64,000 bases of DNA from Octopus bimaculoides (Eukaryota), in contig NC_068987.1 in the NCBI RefSeq assembly GCF_001194135.2, positions 4,535,266-4,599,265 on the forward strand. Reading direction: 5' to 3'. The translations under genes and the position numbers were made by a program. Below the pieces are notes generated by a model, which saw only the letters and a program-made list of their open reading frames with translations, had not been told where the DNA came from and did not search any database. This document shows, one piece after another, positions 52,074-64,000 of the stretch. The stretch's first letter is position 1. Each line of letters begins with the position of its first letter.

Positions 52074-55000
52074 GTTGGCATGGGTTGGATGGCTTGGCAG
52101 GAACTTGCAAGCCCAGGGGCCACACCAGGTTCCATTGTCTGTTTTGGTTTGGTTTCTATGGCTGGATGCCTTTCCTACATTACAGAGTGTACTGAGTGCT
52201 TCTTACATGGTGCCAGCATGGTTGCTTTTTATGTGAAAATGTCAGATTCAAATAATAAACTTTGATGGATGCAGGTAGAACGCCCCTTCATTTGGCTTGT
52301 AGGTAAATGTTGAAGCTTCCATGAAGCTGCCTGCTCAGTCTTGGCGTCACTTTTGTGAACTGATATCATGAATAAGTTTGAACAAGTCTCTCTTCACTGA
52401 CAATAATAATGCTCCAAGTAAGACATGAAGACCACAACTTATTGTTCACCCTTCATTTTAAAACAATTATTAAAATTTTTGCAGACGTAAGAAACCAATA
52501 ATTGCTTGTTTCCTTGTTAAATATTTATTAATATCAGTGTGAAAAGGCAAAAGAAAAAAAAATACAAAGAAATTGACTATAAAAGTAAATCTACAAAAAA
52601 TATATTCATGTGACAACAAATATCTTGATAAATAATTAAATAATAAGGCAAACAACAAGAGAATATTCCAGAACAAATAAGAAAAATGATTGAACAAGAA
52701 GAAATATAAATTAACAACGGTTACAACTATTACCATTTTAAGATTTAGAATTTAAATGGGATTAGAGATGAAAGACTATAAATATATATAGTGAGAGAGA
52801 GAGCTAAAGATGTAAAGGAAGAGGGTGTAAGGTAGAAACCTAAGAAAGGAAGAAGAAGAATGAAGAAGAAGAGAAGAAGTGAATAATTCAAAGAATCTTC
52901 TATAATATCTTATTTGACTCTGATGAATGCAAATACAGCAGAACCATGATCAAAACATTCCAACCACGACCATCCTGTCTGTTCAGGGATTTCTACAACT
53001 AAATTATCTAATATATTCTTTTCTTTTTTTTATTTTAAGGTGTTAGGATGTAATTTGAGGGCAATTTGGATGCTTGTTCCAGTTGGTTGAGTGATGATGT
53101 AGAGGCTCCCTTCTTAGTTCGTTGATATGTATTATTTTCTGGTGCCTGTGTTACAGACGTGTTTAGGAAGGAGACCCAAAATTCCCTCAACATACCCCTG
53201 CACTTAACTGTAGGATATCAAACTCCACCTGTGTCACATATTGCTACAGCTTCATACATTGGAGGAAAACTGATAGCTTACTCTTTTAGGGGTTTGTTTC
53301 TATTTCTTCCCCCATTAAGGCTAAACCTTAAAAGATAAAAACATTTTTTTTTCTTTTGGTATCAGAAAATATTTTTAAAAATATAAACATCCAACATGGC
53401 ACAGTTTTCGGTTATCAACCAACAAGAGAGAGGAAGTTTGAAAGGTGTTGTAAGCAGGGGGGAATGAAGCTACCACTGAAAGCCTCTCCTTTATTTTCAA
53501 GCATTTTTCCAAAGAAAAACTTCCCCCTCCCCTGGTCAGCTGTCACTACCATCACCCTGCTATCACACTGTCATAGATAGTATTGGAGAGGAAAGAGCTG
53601 TTCGCAACAACATCAACAACCTGCCAAGCAGTAGTAGCAACAGCACAGGCTGACAGGCAATAACAATACCACTGCCATAAGCTCAATGACCAGTTGGCTG
53701 ACCAAACACCACCACCGATTTTCCACAGTGGTCGGCAACTCCATCACCTTTGAAGGTGGCACCAGCAGTAACAATACTAACAGCAGTCACAGCAAAGCAA
53801 CTGCAAGGACGAATTCTTTGACAAGTGCAGCAGAAATTGAAGAGCAATTAAAAGTGCAAAACAGGAGCTAAGAAAAGCCAGAAGCTTTGTACAGAATGCA
53901 AGTAGGAAAATCGCCATAGCCATAGATCTGGAGATGATGGAGAATGCCAAGAAGTGTACGATGACCAACAAGTGCATATGCATAAGCACAAAATGTCCAT
54001 GGATAGGAAATCCGTATTCGGGTGTAGAATCGATTGAATGCAGTGTGGAATTGGAAAAATAACATGGCATTCATGTAACAGAGGACAGTGGTGATCAGAT
54101 TCCTTTGTGAAAGCAAACCAACGAGCTACATCAATGCTCCAGTTGAGGGTGAGAACTTTATCCTCATTCTCAACAAGTAGTAAAGGTGAGGGTGGTAGAT
54201 ATGCCACTAGAAATAAAATAAACACCCAGTAACTAGTGGTAGCCATTTTGAATGACAAGAACGATGAGGTAACCATCTTGGTGATATAAATATTATGCCA
54301 GAATTTTAAAAAATGGTGGATTATAGGAACAGAACTCCTGATCTAGACAAGTCAGAAAAGGCTAAAAAATGTCCTTGACCTAATCAAGCTGCCAAACAGC
54401 AGTGGAAGGCAGGAGACACAGGTGCCACACATGTGATTTGACCAACTGCCTAAGGGCCTTCTGCCAATGGCAGAGGTCAAATGAGAGAAGGCTAACACCA
54501 CAACCACACCAACAAAAACAACAACATTGACAACACCAGCAGCAACAACAGCAACTGCAGAAGCGGTAACAACAGAATCCCACCTCCTCCCAACAATAAC
54601 AGAACTTGCTACCACAATCAGAAGAAGCCTCTCACCAGTGCTCTTCCCCCAAGTAAGCACGCACACACACATGAACTCACATTACTCTCTCTTCCACTTC
54701 AAACATTTGATTTCAAAACCTTTTCATGTGACAAGGTCAAGATGGTAGTCCCGACACAAGGGTAGAAAACCATTTATCAACCAGTCACGTAACCACACAA
54801 CTACCACCACCACCACCACAAAACAAGGACAGTCAAACCTACAACCATACCAGCAACAATAACAAAACCACAAACACCACAATTACAGTAAAACACACAT
54901 AAAAAGAACAGCAACATCAACTGCCAAACACGAAAATTACAGGGAACCATTGAGGTCCATAATACAACATGCAAAAAACAAAAACAAAAATACTAAAAAA

Positions 55001-55204
55001 GGGGAGCACTTTGAGGAACTCCCCACCAAAGTACTATCAAGTAGGCAGATTTTGTTGAAGATGTCATCTGACATCTACAAGATGCTGAGAGAAAAATTCT
55101 CATTAGACACATGAATGATACAAAACAGAGGAGGCAAGAGCCTTTTGGACATTTTAAGGAACTCCACCTTGCTGCGAAGACCAGATTACCCATTCTTCTC
55201 TTCA

Positions 55205-55527
55205 ACCATTAACTGGCACTTTGTCAGTTACAACAAGGGTTCCATTTGATCCAATCAGTGGAACCGCTTGCTCCTGAAATTAACATGCAAGTGGCTGAGC
55301 ACTCCACAGACACGCATACTCTGAATGTAGTTCTCACAGAGATTCAGTATGACATAGAATGTGATGAGGCTAGCCCTTTGAATTACAGGTACCACTCATT
55401 TTTGCTTGCTGAGTGCACTGGAGCAACGTGGAATAAAGTGTCTTGTTCAAGAACACAACATGCTGTCAGGTATTGAACTCACAGCCTTACAATCATGAGC
55501 CAAATATTTTAACCACTGAGCCATACC
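55205..55527 (-). mobile_element. tRNA-derived SINE (additional family)
   Basis: The - strand begins atggctcagtggttaaaatatttggctcatgattgtaaggctgtgagttcaatacc, a tRNA-like A/B box head. Related copy near 35940-36190. Confidence 0.65.
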
Positions 55528-55964
55528 TCAAAGAAAGTGACCACTCTCACTTCATTCTTTCCAACTAACCTGATCATTTATATGGCCCAGGGTCAGCTAA
55601 GAAGCAAAATCACTTACTCAGTGAACTCAGGTCAGTAGGCATAGATCAGGATTTCTAGGATGCACTCATGTTCATCTTTGAAGACAAGGTGTATATATCT
55701 TGTCATTAACCTAGAATCTGCAGTAGTGTGGAAATGTTGTTTCAAGAGAAAAAAAAACTGACTTCGAACTCAGTTCCTTTCATGGCATCATTTGTATATC
55801 ATTCTTTTATGAAGATATAACAATATATCCAATATGTTATATATATATAAAAAAAAAAACATAAATAGTGTACACCAAAAATTAGGAAAACAGAATTAGA
55901 GCAGACTACACCAAGCAGAAGATGTAACATTATATATCAGATACAGAAATGAAGAATTATCTTC

Positions 55965-56192
55965 TGAACCTTTTAGCATTTAAACCGACCATGTCTGGCT
56001 AAAATATTCCACCTGTTTTATATTCAAACCTGCCAGATCCAGCCTTTCACACCTACCCTACAATGCCATTGTGAAAACAAGCAATCACATCAATGAAATC
56101 TTAAAGCTACAAGATAATGCATGACTAATTCAAACCAATGTGAATAAATAAGCATTACATTTGACAAAATAATCTGAGTTCTAAAGGGTTAA
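55965..56192. mobile_element. TTAA MITE, second copy
   Basis: Same internal sequence as 29889-30101; ends ctaaagggttaa. Confidence 0.7.
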
Positions 56193-56199
56193 ATAACTT

Positions 56200-56480
56200 T
56201 ATATGTTTACTTATGTTTCGAATGGCTTGAGGAACTCTATCTGCATTTTGCAAAGGCTTGTATGCATAATTGATCAATTAATTAATAGAACAACCTAAAA
56301 CTATTCTCATCAGAGCCCTAAAGCTATTCTCATACTGTTAGCCGGATTTATCCCACGGAGTGCTAACTGAGGTATTCACCTAGATTTCATGAAGCATATC
56401 ATTTTTCCTGTCAGAGTTGACATGTATGAAATACTGTAACACAATCATCTTAATTCTGTGTTCTCTCATCCTTTAAATGA
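56200..56480 (-). mobile_element. Mariner remnant
   Basis: MKSR*IPQL at about 56364-56390 resembles the WVPHEL linker with a W-to-stop change. Confidence 0.3.
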
Positions 56481-57899
56481 TTTCTGATCTCCCACAGCTA
56501 TTTTCTGCAATCAATTCGAATCACAGTTTCAGAAATCTTTTATTTGCAACTAAAATCTAAACAAGTACAGTCCATATAAAATTGTATAATGCATTTGTAT
56601 GTATCTGTCTGTGCAAGTGTGTTATATTTATATATATATGTCTAAATTATAAATTATATATATATAATGTAAAATCTATTGTGTTGACTGTTGAAAGTTC
56701 ATTGTTGTAAACGTTGTTGGTAAACTTTTGGCTGGTAAATGTATTTATCTGTTAAATGGTGTAAGGTTGATATGACCACTCCCTCATCAACTTTGACACC
56801 TACAATTATTACTACAGTTTTTGCTACTTTAGCAAATGAAGTAAATTGATTGACTGCACCTCAAATTATCTCCTGCTCCAATTTGACAACTCCCACTTTC
56901 AATATATTTATCAGCAGACATATTTCTTCACAGTTTGATTTTGCTGATAAAAGGTTCAATAATGAATAATGCCTGATGAAATGGTGATGGTATGTAATAA
57001 TGCAAAAGTTGTGCAACACTATGTAATATTAAGCATTATTGAATAACTAGCCGCACTATGGAAACATATGTAGCTATAATCTGAACGAGCCATTTTTATG
57101 CTGTTACTATACATTTCCAAATGTTAGTTGGCATCATTGAATTAAACATTAAATTCCATGTACAGAATACCAGAATTATTTCTATTTTTGCAGAGCAGAG
57201 TTTCAAGACTATTAGATTACAGTGTTAAACTTCACTCATTGTTGAATGGCAGGTAATATTTAAACTTTCTAATTACATCTGATAGAGTCTTTGAGACTTT
57301 GTAACTGTTTTGTTTTGGTTATATTTCAGTTAATTGAAGCTGTTGATATCTTTGTATTTAAAACAATACGTGATATATGAGAATTTTGTTATTTGTTTCC
57401 AGCAATCTACTTCAATCGATCTATTTAAACATCATATAAAATATTATTTAATATTTAAGGAATTATTACTTGAATACATCGATCATCAGTTTTCCTAAGG
57501 AAGTCATTCTGAGTTCATTTATTGATTTCTCACTTTCTTTATGATCGTGGTATTTTTAACACAATTTATGAAAGCAGTCAGAAAAAAAAAATTAAAGAAA
57601 AGCAAAATTTATAAATTTGTAGTTGTGTCAGATAAGATCAAACTGTAACTTGTAAAAATATTTCTGTAGCACTTGCTAAAGAATTTGGTCTGAAAATTCC
57701 AATCATTGAAACTTAATGGATGGGTTCACAGTGGCACTATATTGACTTTTTTTTAATAGATTCTTTGTTTTTTGTTAAACTTTTTCATCTTCCTGAAACT
57801 ACAATGTTGAGGGACCTTATTTTGGATATATATGGACATTTCAAATATGCTCTTACATTGTTATTCTTAGCATAACTCTTTCCATGAACCTTTTGTCTC

Positions 57900-58130
57900 A
57901 TGGGCCAATCAGGTTACTGTAAAAATGCTTAATTGGACCAGACATGTCGCAAAGTTCACAGACAACAGGTGGACCCATGCAGTTGCTGAATGGTATCCAA
58001 GAGATGGAAAAAAGACTATTCAGAAGGCCTCCACAATGATGGTAAAACAATTTAGTTAAACAATTTGTTTAACTGTAATCTGATAGTCTTGGGCCAAATG
58101 GAAGAGAAAGGTACAACAAAATAAGAACTG
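57900..58130 (+). mobile_element. RTE-clade LINE, 3' fragment
   Basis: LNWTRHVAKFTDNRWTHAVAEWYPRDGKK matches the RTE W.GHVAR..DNRW...V.EW.PR..KR motif. Confidence 0.75.
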
Positions 58131-58365
58131 GAAGTGCATTGTGACTAGCAGTGTATAACATCCAATAGGTATGTCGTATGTATTCTTCTATTCTTGTATT
58201 TGTTTCAGTCATTTGACTGCAGCCATGCTGGAGCACTGCCTTTAGTCGAGCAAATCAACCCCAGGGTTTATTCTTTGTAAGCCTAGTACTTATTCTATCA
58301 CTCTCTTCTGATGAACCACTAAGTTAATGGTAGTGGGTGACAAACAGAAACACACAAACATATAC

Positions 58366-58403
<38 letters not shown>

Positions 58404-58552
58404 GACGGGCTTCTTTNNNNNNNNNNNNNNNNNNNNNNNNNNNNNNNNNNNNNNNNNNNNNNNNNNNNNNNNNNNNNNNNNNNNNNNNNNNNNNNNNNNN
58501 NNNNNNNNNNNNNNNNNNNNNNNNNNNNNNNNNNNNNNNNNNNNNNNNNNNN

Positions 58553-58592
<40 letters not shown>

Positions 58593-60779
58593 AAGATAGG
58601 TGTGTATGAATGTATGTATATATATATATATTACATGCACGCCAATCTTGATAAACTTTATTCATCAGAATGATATCCATAACATAGGATAAGCTTTTAT
58701 GCTGCAAGATAAATATTATTCCTAATTGATTTAGTTATAGGTTTAAACTATTTTAGCCAGTGTAGCAGAGAAGCCCAGCATGATGTGAAAAATAATATCG
58801 GTTACACACGAGGTAATCAAAAATAAATCTAAGTTTAGCTTGTTATGGAGATGTTAGTTTTGTCACTTGATAAATGTAAACAACAAAGTGAACCACTTCA
58901 TCAGAATAAATATGATGAGCTATAAGAATTGAGTTCATAGTTAAATCAAAGACAATACATGCAAAACTAAAATGATAATATTTGAAAAAAAAAAAGATAT
59001 ATCATTATATTATTTGCTAATTATTTTTAGTAAGTAGGAAAAATCTCTAAGAGTGATTAGTGAAAATAGGTGAATGGAAAATATATATTTTTGTAAAAAA
59101 AAAAATAAAATGTGAAAAAAAAAAAAATTAAAGAGTAGATCCTGCATAATGGTAATTCCAAATAGCAGATGGTCATAAAAGTTATACACTAACTGTACAT
59201 AGCAATAACAATATTTGTTAAGTTACAATACAAATCTCACAGACCAAAAATGATTTACCATTATTTAGTTTTTTAAAAATTAATAATAATAATAATAATA
59301 ATCATAATAATTAATATGCATAATTAATATATATTCAATCATGTTACTTTTATTATTTATATTTCGGTTTTGTTTGGGTTCTTTTTATTGTATATAAATT
59401 TTTTTTTTTGCTATTAGGGATTTTGTTTAATTCTATATTTTTTTTATTATTTTTGTTTAAATGTATTTCTTAAGTTTTTATGAATCGTCCCTTAAATGGA
59501 TTAATTTTNNNNNNNNNNNNNNNNNNNNNNNNNNNNNNNNNNNNNNNNNNNNNNNNNNNNNNNNNNNNNNNNNNNNNNNNNNNNNNNNNNNNNNNNNNNN
59601 NNNNNNNNNNNNNNNNNNNNNNNNNNNNNNNNNNNNNNNNNNNNNNNNNNNNNNNNNNNNNNNNNNNNNNNNNNNNNNNNNNNNNNNNNNNNNNNNNNNN
59701 NNNNNNNNNNNNNNNNNNNNNNNNNNNNNNNNNNNNNNNNNNNNNNNNNNNNNNNNNNNNNNNNNNNNNNNNNNNNNNNNNNNNNNNNNNNNNNNNNNNN
59801 NNNNNNNNNNNNNNNNNNNNNNNNNNNNNNNNNNNNNNNNNNNNNNNNNNNNNNNNNNNNNNNNNNNNNNNNNNNNNNNNNNNNNNNNNNNNNNNNNNNN
59901 NNNNNNNNNNNNNNNNNNNNNNNNNNNNNNNNNNNNNNNNNNNNNNNNNNNNNNNNNNNNNNNNNNNNNNNNNNNNNNNNNNNNNNNNNNNNNNNNNNNN
60001 NNNNNNNNNNNNNNNNNNNNNNNNNNNNNNNNNNNNNNNNNNNNNNNNNNNNNNNNNNNNNNNNNNNNNNNNNNNNNNNNNNNNNNNNNNNNNNNNNNNN
60101 NNNNNNNNNNNNNNNNNNNNNNNNNNNNNNNNNNNNNNNNNNNNNNNNNNNNNNNNNNNNNNNNNNNNNNNNNNNNNNNNNNNNNNNNNNNNNNNNNNNN
60201 NNNNNNNNNNNNNNNNNNNNNNNNNNNNNNNNNNNNNNNNNNNNNNNNNNNNNNNNNNNNNNNNNNNNNNNNNNNNNNNNNNNNNNNNNNNNNNNNNNNN
60301 NNNNNNNNNNNNNNNNNNNNNNNNNNNNNNNNNNNNNNAAAGTGCATGCATTGTTTTTTTTTTTGTTTTTTTATAATTAAACTATTCTGTTGCTCTACAA
60401 CACCAACAAAACAAAGTAAAACACCTCACATTTTACACAGCATAGAAAGGGTGCATCTAACTAAGAGATCAGCGACATAGCTTTCACCTAAGACTGATGT
60501 AGAAGTGCAACAAATATAAGGAAAGGATAGATGGGTGGGTGGGGGGTGTAAGAAGGAAAAATAATAATATCATAGACTAATATAACTGAATGATGAGTGA
60601 TGATAAACATTTACAAACTAAAAAAAAAAAGAGTTTTAAAAAATATGTAGTGATGTGATAATGGTGTTGTCTAATGAAAATGAAGAAAAAAAAAATAATG
60701 TAAATCTACCGTGAGTAATATGATGTATAATGTATGAAATTCTTTGAAAAATAATTGAAAATTAAATATGGATTCTTAC

Positions 60780-60827
60780 CTCTTCCTGTCTCTTTTTCCT
60801 TTCGGCCTCTTCGCGTTCCTCTTCTTC
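60780..60827 (-). CDS. TnI: Troponin I, N-terminal E/R/K-rich exon
   Basis: tgttgtgtag|GAA...GAG|gtaaga, 48 nt, phase 0-0. Encodes EEEEREEAERKKRQEE and joins in frame to the exon at 43977. Composition matches the charged N-terminal extension of protostome TnI. Confidence 0.75.
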
Positions 60828-63219
60828 CTACACAACAAAGTTTGCAAAACTTTATAGCAATGAACATAAATTCAATGAAGTAAATAGTGTCGATCACTTA
60901 CCTTTATTTTTAAAGTGTAATTTATATACAGACCATATCTTAGATGTAAGAAAATGTATTTGTCTTTTGTGTCTTTTAGATAGAAAAATTACTAAAGCAG
61001 TGATTACCACAACAAGATTAAAGAGAAAATGTTTAAGGAAATATTAAATACAATCTCAGCTGTGAATTTACTTAGTCTAAAATAATGGTGTATAAGTTGT
61101 GAGGTATACAATCCAGCCGTTTGCACAGGCATAAGAATACCCACATTTGTGAAGACATTGTATTTTAAAAATGACACAATTGTACAAACTGTTCACATTT
61201 CAAAAGAAGGAAAAAAAAACATCTGAAGCAAAAAAAAAAAAAATCTCCATAATTATGAATTAAGAAAGAATGTAGAAAACTAGATATAAATATTGAATTA
61301 ATCATACTAAGTGGAAACATTAAGATACTGACATAACTCTCAGCTGTTTTATGTAAACCAACTCGAACATATAACTAAATAATTATAATAAACAAACTGA
61401 AACCGAAAATTTAAATCTGATTAATTAAGTAATTCTTAATGAAAGAACTATTGACCCCTTCATTAACAAGCCCTTTAAATCGGTTCATTTGCATAATTAC
61501 ATCGCTCAATGATTATATCCCAAAATCTTTGAATGAGTATCATAAATTTAATAATGAGAATTTTCCTGCATTAGTTTTCAGATTAGATATTTTATATTTA
61601 TTTCAAAGAATATATTTTAAGTCATATGACATTCTGAGCAGCTAAAAATAAAATAAATAATGTCTGGAAATAATTTAATTTTACCAAAGTCTTCACCAAT
61701 GGCAGAGTCTTTGGTGCTGAAAAATAATACACAACAAAGAAAGTATGTGATTGTGCCCACAACCACCATAAACAACAATAGCATGCAGCATTCCTTGATA
61801 TCACAAGATAAACAAACTTTGTACATGCACAAAAGAGATGAAACAGAACTTTGCTACTGTTGTTTTGAAAATATCTTAACTGCTAACAAAACTTTTCATT
61901 TCAGATAAAAACAACATTAATAAGTGTAAAATAGTTTAATGATTAACTGTTTTTCTAAGTAAATATTTATTTACAACATAAGATAAACTAATTAATATTT
62001 ACATCAATTTATTTCCCCAACAAATTTACAAAACCTTTTTGTTAATCTTTTAAATGTTGGACAAGAACCACAATAAATTCCAATATCTTTGTCATCACCA
62101 TTTAATATCTTGTTTTCCAAGCTCGCATGGATTGGATGGTTTGACAGGAGCTAGAGAGCCAGAGGACTGCTCTAAGCTTCAATGTCTCTTTTGACATTGT
62201 TTCTACAGCTTGATGCCTTTCTTAACACCAGTATATATTTTAATATTTAACCAAAGACTACAGAATAAAATAGCTCAGTTAAGCCACAGTTGACGACGCC
62301 ACCAATTAAAGACAAATTGGCTATCCTCATTGTTTTGGGCTAGATTAACAATGAGAATAAAATAATTGCTTTATTCTAAAGAATAAACTTACTTCGTTAA
62401 AATTCATTATGATGGAATAATGATCATTCAATTTAATTTACTAATCTGTTTCTTTTCTTTTATTTGCTCTTTTATTTTATTTGCTATCTTTTTATACTAG
62501 TAATTTATAAATGTTAGCAGTAAGTTTCAGATAAATAAATTGACGGAATATTAAACTATTAAGTTCCAAAGAGATGGTGTTTCTTTCACCATTAATGCAA
62601 CAATCTGACTTCAGGTGGTGCTAAGTTCAAGACTACTTCTAGTTTTGGAGTTTGGACAAGGCAATTGGAATAAACTCTTGTGCGTTCTAGATTCTTTATC
62701 TCCAGAGTCAACAGAATTTTCTGCAATGGAAAATTCTGTTGAACTCAGCAGAATTTCATGACCTTTTCAATCATAATGTAAACTTGTATTATTTAACCCC
62801 AAGATGTGTTCTGGGGAAACCGACAATATGATCAACAGAATTCCACTCATGCCATCCTGACTATTCTAAATGTGTATTCAAGACTGAATTATCCAATGTG
62901 TTCTTCATTTTTCAAGATGATATGATATAATTTGAAAGCAAATTAATTGCTATTTCTAGCAAGCCATGTAACCACATAGAGGCTCCTCTTAGGGTTCAAT
63001 GTCACATAATTTCTACCTACAAACAGACAGAAAGAAATGCTTCTTGCAGCTCTTTAATCCTTTTTACATTCCTCTTCATTTTTCTAAATTGCATGGCTTT
63101 GATAAATTCCAGGCTCACATTATAATACTCTCTCTCTCTCTCTCTCTCTTTCTCTCCCCACCCCCCTCTCCCATACAGGGTGAGTCAAATACATGAAGAC
63201 AGCAAAACCAATACATTCC

Positions 63220-63620
63220 AGTTTATGTTCTACTGATGTATTTCTGGTTGGTCATTGAACTCAAACTAGAACTTTCTCTTGAAAAGCTGCCAACCTGCAG
63301 CAAGCTACCTTATTTGCTGTCAATTCAAACTGACGACATTCCAGTCTGCTATTTTAAAAGATTTCTTATTCTTGCTTCTAATCCTGTCCTTCTATGTTTC
63401 TTTATGATTCTTCTGATGTACATCTCAGATTATCCCTTTTGATACCAATCCACTTGAGACCATCTCTACGTCGGAATACAAACAAAAGTCGCTCACCCTA
63501 AAAGTTGAGGGTGGAGAGGGAAGTGTTTGCCTTGTAGTAAGTTTGTTGAAAGGTGAGTGAATGTTGGAAGAATCGCCAATGTGAAAGGACCAATTCTGAA
63601 TGTGCACCTATAAACAAAAG
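63220..63620 (-). mobile_element. LINE 5' part with start of APE endonuclease (decayed)
   Basis: NKKSFKIADWNVVSLN at about 63325-63370 matches the APE N-terminal (I/V)ATWNVRSL motif; in-frame stops follow. Confidence 0.55.
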
Positions 63621-64000
63621 GAGAAGGGCTCTTGCCCTGTTGTTCAGGCACCCGTGGCTTTTGTGGGTTTTTTTTTTACGAGGTCCTTAATGTGCCTCCC
63701 CTATTGGGAGTTTTAAATTGTTTCATTTTAATCATTATTATATTGTTTACACATTGTAAAACCCATTATATTGTCCTGTTTTTGTTTTTTATGTTGTTGT
63801 ATGTCTCTTAATGTAATTTTATGTAAGCCCTTGTGGCTAATAAACGAATTAATTATTATTATTATTATTATTATTTAAAAAGGATTGATGTAACTCTTCA
63901 CAAAGGTAAACAGTCAAAATGAAGAATGCGATTCAATTGTAATAGATATCTATTACAATCGAATCATGCTCTTCAACTTGACTATTATTATTATTATTAT

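Noticed and set aside
55460-55527. tRNA-like A/B box sequences (also heads at about 1921 and 20385)
   Set aside because: They are 5' heads of multi-copy SINEs, not complete tRNA genes.

Overview
This is AT-rich, microsatellite- and SINE-dense eukaryotic DNA with 11 N-gaps. The repeat landscape and the mollusc-type troponin I suggest a cephalopod (Octopus-like) genome; that assignment is an inference. Two convergent genes were assembled by hand from splice signals. (1) The last three coding exons of a tetraspanin lie on the + strand (1274-3601). (2) A troponin I gene spans about 42 kb on the - strand (exons from 60827 down to about 18912); one exon probably lies in the gap at 20114-20254 and the start codon was not confidently located. 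The main observation is a divergent 157-nt exon (33444-33600) in the TnI intron. It has the same splice phases as the canonical 121-nt exon (28743-28863), is homologous to it only in its 3' half, and cannot be spliced in tandem with it, so it is a candidate mutually exclusive exon that swaps out a TnC-binding helix. The rest of the window is SINEs (at least four families), a TTAA MITE, and decayed mariner, CR1, RTE, RLE-LINE and Penelope fragments. I found no rRNA, tRNA or CRISPR array. Almost all ORFs in the supplied track are artefacts of gaps or microsatellites. Repeat boundaries are approximate.
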